The notes under the pieces: model-generated | What the model was told of the DNA's origin: nothing | The model's database searches: none | What the model saw: only the letters and a program-made list of their open reading frames with translations | Shown: one piece after another, positions 58,836 through 64,000 of the stretch | How the letters are laid out: every line of letters starts with the position of its first letter | Numbering within the stretch: position 1 is the first letter of the stretch | Assembly: GCA_000146045.2 (NCBI GenBank) | Contig: BK006935.2 | Coordinates: 128,001 to 192,000 of the forward strand | Origin: TPA_inf: Saccharomyces | Lineage: Eukaryota | DNA length: 64,000 nucleotides | Direction of reading: 5' to 3' | Position numbers and translations under genes: made by a program

Positions 58836-59732
58836 ATGTCGCCTCAATACCATTTTTATTTTGTATCATTCCGGAACTTAGTATTGAATGAAAAATGCCT
58901 CCGAAGTAAAAAGCAGGTGATGAAAAGTTTCAATTGGTATAAGACAGATCGCTATTTTGATCCGCATAACATCCTTCAACACCATAGCAGAGCTATAGAG
59001 AAGACAAGATATAAACTGGGCATGCAAACATCTTCAGAAAGTACCGACGCCAAGTCGGATTTTCTCGACGAACCCAGTGCATATTTAATTGAGAAAAATG
59101 TGGCTCTTCCCAAGGACATATTCGGTTCGTACTTAAGTTATTGGATATATGAAGTTACTCGTCATAAAGCGGCAGTAATTTTGCTCGTACTTATTGTGAC
59201 TTCAATTTTATTATTAGTGTTTTTTTATAATACGGAATTTTGCGTTGCCTTTGAGATACTATTGTTTTCCTTTTGCTTTCCAGGAACATGCATGGTTGTA
59301 ATTGCATTTAGTGAACCGATCGGTGATCGGGAATTTAAAGTTAAGCTTCTGATGGAAATTATCACACGTAAACCGGCGGTAAAGGGGAAAGAATGGAGGA
59401 CAATTACATACAAGATGAACCAGTATTTATTTGATCATGGGCTATGGGATACTCCCTACTACTTTTACCGTGATGAAGATTGCCACCGTTATTTTCTAAG
59501 TCTTATTAAGGGAAGAACTTTCAAGAAGCAAAAGGAATCGTCAGCCAGCAATGTTAAAGACGCACAATCAAATGACGAAACCGCTGGCACACCAAACGAA
59601 GCCGCTGAGTCTTCTAGTTTTAGTGCCGGACCGAACTTTATAAAGCTCCTCACCAAGGCAGCCGAAATCGAACAACAATTTCAAAAGGAATATTGGCGAC
59701 AAGAGTATCCTGGTGTCGATGAGTTTTTTTAG
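58836..59732 (+). CDS. PRM9: Pheromone-regulated DUP240-family membrane protein, 298 aa as annotated; family-conserved Met is at 59022
   Basis: ORF 58836..59732; first 62 aa have no counterpart in paralogues, then MQTSSESTDAKSDFLDEPSAYLIEKNVALPKD... Confidence 0.85.
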   Translation: MSPQYHFYFVSFRNLVLNEKCLRSKKQVMKSFNWYKTDRYFDPHNILQHHSRAIEKTRYKLGMQTSSESTDAKSDFLDEPSAYLIEKNVALPKDIFGSYLSYWIYEVTRHKAAVILLVLIVTSILLLVFFYNTEFCVAFEILLFSFCFPGTCMVVIAFSEPIGDREFKVKLLMEIITRKPAVKGKEWRTITYKMNQYLFDHGLWDTPYYFYRDEDCHRYFLSLIKGRTFKKQKESSASNVKDAQSNDETAGTPNEAAESSSFSAGPNFIKLLTKAAEIEQQFQKEYWRQEYPGVDEFF

Positions 59733-60106
59733 ACAGAAGACGGGAGACACTAGCACACAACTTTACCAGGCAAGGTATTTGACGCTAGCATGTGTCCAAT
59801 TCAGTGTCATTTATGATTTTTTGTAGTAGGATATAAATATATACAGCGCTCCAAATAGTGCGGTTGCCCCAAAAACACCACGGAACCTCATCTGTTCTCG
59901 TACTTTGTTGTGACAAAGTAGCTCACTGCCTTATTATCACATTTTCATTATGCAACGCTTCGGAAAATACGATGTTGAAAATGCCTCTAGAGATGAAAAA
60001 CAATCGTAAAAGGGTCCTGCGTAATTGAAACATTTGATCAGTATGCAGTGGCACAGAAACAACCAGGAATACTATAGTCATAGGCAATACAAGGTATATA
60101 TTGGCT

Positions 60107-60811
60107 ATGCAGACCCCTCCAGAAAGTACCGACGTCAAGTTAGATACACTTAACGAACCTAGTGCACATTTAATTGAGAAAAATGTGGCTCTTCCTAAGG
60201 ACATATTCCGTTCGTACTTGAGTTATTGGATCTATGAAATCGCTCGCTATACACCAGTCATGATTTTGTCCCTGGTAATAGGGGTTTTGGTTTTATTAAT
60301 TATATTTTTTAATGACAACGAAGCTTGTGTTTTCAATTCTGCAATATTTGCTTTTACTTCTCTTGTAGGTTTGTTAATAATATTAAGTGATGGTAATCCA
60401 AAGCTAGTCAGTCGTCGAAATTTTAGGACCGAGCTTTTAGTGGATGTCATCACACGTAAACCGGCGGTAGAAGGGAAAGAATGGAGGATCATCACATACA
60501 ACATGAACCAATATTTGTTTAATCATGGGCAATGGCATACTCCGTATTACTTTTACAGCGATGAGGATTGCTACCGTTATTTTCTACGCCTTGTTGAGGG
60601 AGTAACCCCCAAGAAGCAAACAGCCACGTCAATTGGCAATTCTCCGGTCACCGCTAAGCCTGAAGATGCCATCGAGTCAGCTTCTCCTAGTTCCAGACTG
60701 AATTATCAAAACTTTTTGCTCAAGGCAGCGGAGATCGAACGACAAGCTCAGGAAAATTACTGGCGAAGGCGGCATCCCAATATCGATGCGCTTCTTAAAA
60801 AGACGGAATAG
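60107..60811 (+). CDS. MST28: DUP240-family membrane protein involved in COPI/COPII vesicle formation, 234 aa
   Basis: ORF 60101..60811; conserved start [18 protein letters not shown] at ATG 60107. Confidence 0.9.
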   Translation: MQTPPESTDVKLDTLNEPSAHLIEKNVALPKDIFRSYLSYWIYEIARYTPVMILSLVIGVLVLLIIFFNDNEACVFNSAIFAFTSLVGLLIILSDGNPKLVSRRNFRTELLVDVITRKPAVEGKEWRIITYNMNQYLFNHGQWHTPYYFYSDEDCYRYFLRLVEGVTPKKQTATSIGNSPVTAKPEDAIESASPSSRLNYQNFLLKAAEIERQAQENYWRRRHPNIDALLKKTE

Positions 60812-61205
60812 CTTAGAGACACTACCATACGTAAAGCGAACATAAACTAGAGTATGATATATAATCAGCACTAACTGGCCGGAAAACGGCCGAAGGAAGC
60901 CTCGAAAAGTCGATTCGTGTTGGACCCATTTGCTGAACAAAGTGGTTCATTGCCTACCTATTATGGTAGTAGTCGTGATAATCGTGTGGTTGGTTTTGTC
61001 AACGGTGCATTTGCATTTTCATGACAATAAACCTTGCGTTTTCGTTCTCGGGATATTACTTTCCCTCCACTTCTTTCGCCTCAATAGCTCCTATAAGCAT
61101 TCTCAGGGCGTATGTCGGTGATCGAGATTTCCAAGCAAGCTTTTAGTGGAAATCATCGCGCGCAAGCCAGCGGTAAAGGGAAAAGAACGGAGGACGATTA
61201 CATAC

Positions 61206-61425
61206 AAGATGAACGAATAAATAAATTAATAATAAATAATAATAAAAAGTACAGTAGCATTAAATATTATTAAGTTTAATGATTAAAAATTGGTTAATTG
61301 TCAAGAAAATCTAAGGTATTAATAAATAAATAATACTATGACAACTTGCAGCGAAAGCATCAGCCCCAATGAAAATTAATCAGAATTGAATCTGAGCGTA
61401 TTTATTTGATAACGGTTTACGTAAC
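61206..61425. repeat. Extremely AT-rich (about 80% A+T) filler of unknown origin between DUP240 pseudogene halves; candidate captured mitochondrial DNA
   Basis: aataaataaattaataataaataataataaaaagtacagtagcattaaatattattaagtttaatgattaaaaattgg... is unlike the flanking nuclear sequence and abuts a delta. Confidence 0.3.
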
Positions 61426-61757
61426 TGTTGGAATAAAAATCAACTATCATCTACTAACTAGTGTTTACGTTACTAGTATATTATCATATACGGTGTTAGA
61501 AGATGACGCAAATGATGAGAAATAGTCATCGTTTTCAACGGAAGCTGAAATACAAGGATTGATAATGTAATAGGATCAATGAATATCAACATATAAAACG
61601 ATGATAATAATATTTATAGAATTGTGTAGAATTGCAGATTCCCTTTTATGGATTCCTAAATCCTCGAGAAGAACTTCTAGTATATCTACGTACCTAATAT
61701 TATTGCCTTATTAAAAATGGAATCCCAACAATTATCTCAAAATTCCCCCAATTCTCA
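61426..61757 (+). repeat. Solo delta (Ty2-type LTR), about 332 bp, inserted inside the DUP240 pseudogene
   Basis: tgttggaataaaaatcaactatcatctactaactagtgtttacgttactagtatattatcatatacggtgttagaagatgacgcaaatgatgag...aattatctcaaaattcccccaattctca. Confidence 0.85.
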
Positions 61758-62056
61758 TCAGTAACACCCCACCCCGTATTACTTTTACCGTGATGAAGAT
61801 TGGCATCGTTACTTTCTAAACGTAGGACGTGCGGAATGACAAAACCATCAGCAGTGTCACGATCTCTCCAGTCACAATGGCAATCATGAGTGCATAGTCC
61901 AAAGTAAAGGGGCAAGGAAAAGCATGATTGAAAGGACTCCCCATCTGGACTCTATATGTCATCAGCGGCTAAAAAAAAGCATATAGCACAACATCAGCAT
62001 CAGCATCAGCACTAGAGTCATCGGCCCGGCGGTCCGCGGTCATCCCCGCGGACTTT

Positions 62057-62067
62057 CCGTCCGCCCG
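62057..62067 (+). promoter_or_regulatory. Carbon-source-responsive element (CSRE, CCRTYSRNCCG) about 130 bp upstream of YAT1
   Basis: ccgtccgcccg fits the Cat8/Sip4 CSRE consensus at every position; sits in a CGG/CCG-rich patch (Zn2Cys6-type half-sites). Confidence 0.45.
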
Positions 62068-62192
62068 GCGGGCTGTATCAGCGTCAACTGGAACGCGCAT
62101 ATATATACAAGACACACATAACATAGAAGCACACCCACGACAATAACCACACGACAATAACCACACCCGCCCACCCCTCCTTTCCGTATACA

Positions 62193-64000
62193 ATGCCAAA
62201 CTTAAAGAGACTACCCATCCCGCCACTGCAGGACACGCTCAACCGCTACCTGGCACGCGTGGAACCCCTGCAGGACGAGCGCCAAAACCGCCGTACGCGC
62301 CGCACTGTGCTCTCCGCAGAAAACCTGGACGCATTGAACACGCTGCACGAGCGGCTGCTAGAATACGACGCACGGCTCGCGGAAAGCAACCCAGAGTCCT
62401 CATACATCGAGCAGTTCTGGTATGACGCGTACTTGCTATATGATGCAACTGTCGTTCTCAACGTCAACCCGTACTTCCAACTGCAGGACGACCCAACCAT
62501 CAAAGACACACCAGAGACGGCGGCACAGGGCCCCTATGGCGCACACACGGTGCAGGTTCGTCGTGCCGCACGACTCACCACCTCTATTCTCAAGTTCATC
62601 CGCCAGATTCGCCACGGCACACTCCGCACAGACACTGTGCGCGGCAAAACGCCGCTGTCGATGGACCAGTATGAGCGGCTATTCGGCTCCAGTAGAATCC
62701 CTCCGGGTCCCGGCGAGCCCTCTTGCCACTTGCAAACAGACGCCACGTCGCATCACGTGGTGGCGATGTATCGTGGCCAGTTCTACTGGTTCGACGTGCT
62801 GGACACACGCAACGAGCCCATCTTCGCCACCCCAGAACAACTGGAGTGGAACCTCTACTCGATCATCATGGACGCGGAATCCGCCGGAAGCGGATCCGCG
62901 CCCTTTGGCGTGTTCACCACAGAGTCGCGCCGGGTGTGGTCCAACATCAGGGACTATCTGTTCCATGCGGACGACTGCACCAACTGGCGCAATCTCAAGC
63001 TGATCGACTCCGCGCTGTTCGTGGTCTGTCTCGACGACGTGGCGTTTGCCGCCGATCAGCAGGACGAGCTCACGCGTTCGATGCTGTGCGGGACTTCTAC
63101 CATCAATCTCGACCCGCACCAACACCAGCCGCCATTGAACGTGCAGACAGGCACCTGTCTCAACCGCTGGTACGACAAGTTACAACTGATCGTGACCAAG
63201 AACGGTAAGGCGGGCATCAACTTCGAACACACCGGTGTGGACGGCCACACTGTGCTGCGGCTCGCCACAGACATCTACACAGACTCGATCCTGAGCTTCG
63301 CACGCGGTGTCACCAAGAACGTCGTCGACATCTTTAGCGACGACGATGGAAAACCATCGTCGTCGTCGTTGGCCTCGGCGGCTCACTCCGCCAACTTGAT
63401 CACCATCCCTCGTAAACTGGAATGGCGCACTGACAATTTCCTGCAATCGTCGCTGCACTTTGCCGAGACGCGCATCTCGGACTTGATCTCGCAATACGAG
63501 TTTGTTAATCTTGACTTCTCCAACTACGGCGCGTCCCATATCAAGACAGTGTTCAAGTGCTCGCCAGACGCCTTCGTGCAGCAGGTGTTCCAGGTCGCAT
63601 ACTTCGCGTTGTACGGTCGCTTCGAGACCGTGTACGAGCCTGCCATGACCAAGGCGTTCCAAAACGGCCGCACAGAGGCCATCCGCTCCGTCACGGGCCA
63701 ATCGAAGCTCTTTGTCAAGTCACTACTGGACCAGGATGCCTCGGACGCCACCAAAATTCAGCTCTTGCACGACGCCTGTACGGCGCACTCGCAAATCACA
63801 AGGGAATGCTCCCAGGGGCTCGGCCAGGACCGTCACTTGTATGCGCTCTACTGCCTCTGGAACCAATGGTACAAGGACAAGTTGGAGCTCCCACCCATCT
63901 TCCGCGACAAGTCCTGGACTACCATGCAGAACAACGTCTTGAGCACCTCCAACTGCGGTAACCCCTGCCTCAAGAGCTTCGGGTTCGGGCCTGTCACCGC
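62193..64000 (+). CDS. YAT1: Outer-mitochondrial carnitine acetyltransferase, 5' portion (about 602 codons); continues past the window end
   Basis: ATG at 62193; frame reads MPNLKRLPIPPLQDTLNRYLARVEPLQDERQN... with no stop to 64000; about 60-65% G+C, so many spurious overlapping ORFs on both strands. Confidence 0.85.
   Translation, partial: MPNLKRLPIPPLQDTLNRYLARVEPLQDERQNRRTRRTVLSAENLDALNTLHERLLEYDARLAESNPESSYIEQFWYDAYLLYDATVVLNVNPYFQLQDDPTIKDTPETAAQGPYGAHTVQVRRAARLTTSILKFIRQIRHGTLRTDTVRGKTPLSMDQYERLFGSSRIPPGPGEPSCHLQTDATSHHVVAMYRGQFYWFDVLDTRNEPIFATPEQLEWNLYSIIMDAESAGSGSAPFGVFTTESRRVWSNIRDYLFHADDCTNWRNLKLIDSALFVVCLDDVAFAADQQDELTRSMLCGTSTINLDPHQHQPPLNVQTGTCLNRWYDKLQLIVTKNGKAGINFEHTGVDGHTVLRLATDIYTDSILSFARGVTKNVVDIFSDDDGKPSSSSLASAAHSANLITIPRKLEWRTDNFLQSSLHFAETRISDLISQYEFVNLDFSNYGASHIKTVFKCSPDAFVQQVFQVAYFALYGRFETVYEPAMTKAFQNGRTEAIRSVTGQSKLFVKSLLDQDASDATKIQLLHDACTAHSQITRECSQGLGQDRHLYALYCLWNQWYKDKLELPPIFRDKSWTTMQNNVLSTSNCGNPCLKSFGFGPVT

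Larger units (their letters stand above)
60930..61830 (+). pseudogene. 5'-truncated, frame-broken DUP240 copy split by a roughly 550-bp insertion (AT-rich filler plus delta)
   Basis: ...VHCLPIMVVVVIIVWLVLSTVHLHFHDNKPCVF... and KLLVEIIARKPAVKGKERRTITYKMNE (to about 61205), resuming after the insert as TPYYFYRDEDWHRYFL (61766-61830). Confidence 0.7.

Noticed and set aside
58512-58853. 113-aa minus-strand ORF (dubious YAR030C) overlapping the PRM9 5' end
   Set aside because: Overlaps the PRM9 leader and annotated start on the opposite strand. It has no family homology and most likely occurs by chance in diverged DUP240 upstream sequence.
62239-63961. Many overlapping 60-190-aa ORFs on both strands at the right end of the window
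   Set aside because: Artefacts of roughly 60-65% G+C in YAT1, where stop codons are rare in all frames. Only the +1 frame from the ATG at 62193 gives the recognised carnitine acetyltransferase.
1-64000. Prokaryote-style defence islands, CRISPR arrays, operons or toxin-antitoxin pairs
   Set aside because: The sequence is eukaryotic nuclear DNA, shown by spliceosomal introns with GTATGT/TACTAAC, a point centromere, Pol III tRNA genes with introns, and Ty LTR retrotransposons. There are no direct-repeat/spacer arrays, and the genes are monocistronic with their own promoters.

Overview
This window reads as Saccharomyces cerevisiae (S288C-like) chromosome I, roughly chrI:128,001-192,000, in reference orientation. 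Every long ORF in the six-frame track matches, in order, length and protein sequence, the yeast genes I know for the CEN1 region, and the spacing between them shows no unexplained insertion or deletion. The window runs from the 5' end of NTG1, through the gene-dense left-arm block (SYN8, DEP1, CYS3, SWC3, MDM10, SPO7, FUN14, ERP2, tP(UGG)A, SSA1, EFB1 with snR18 in its intron, VPS8, intron-containing TFC3), across the point centromere CEN1 (CDEI-II-III at 23465-23582), and into the right arm (NUP60, ERP1, SWD1, RFA1, SEN34). It then covers a Ty1 element nested in an older delta next to tA(UGC)A, followed by BUD14, ADE1, KIN3, CDC15 and the nonsense-truncated seripauperin PAU7. The last part is the tRNA/LTR-rich DUP240 tandem gene family (YAR023C, UIP3, YAR028W, the YAR029W pseudogene, PRM9, MST28 and a further disrupted copy) and the 5' portion of the unusually GC-rich YAT1. 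This is eukaryotic nuclear DNA, so prokaryote-style defence or CRISPR systems do not apply, and I see no evidence of a previously undescribed system. Coordinates are window-based. Gene names come from my own recognition of the proteins and gene order, not from any search run here. The most interesting signals are structural and accessory:
- a Ty1 with a GGTTC target-site duplication inserted into an older solo delta, whose Gag-Pol frame is broken by a single A insertion;
- an intact 340-bp sigma (Ty3 LTR) with a TTATT target-site duplication 16 bp upstream of tS(AGA)A;
- an LTR graveyard around the tRNAs;
- decaying DUP240 paralogues, one of them split by a delta plus a roughly 220-bp extremely AT-rich filler that could be captured mitochondrial DNA (a NUMT);
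- annotation oddities: PRM9 carries an N-terminal extension the family lacks, and YAR023C has lost the ATG for the conserved N-terminus;
- the non-canonical AAG 3' splice site of TFC3;
- a sharp GC-content jump at YAT1, with a Cat8-type CSRE in its promoter.
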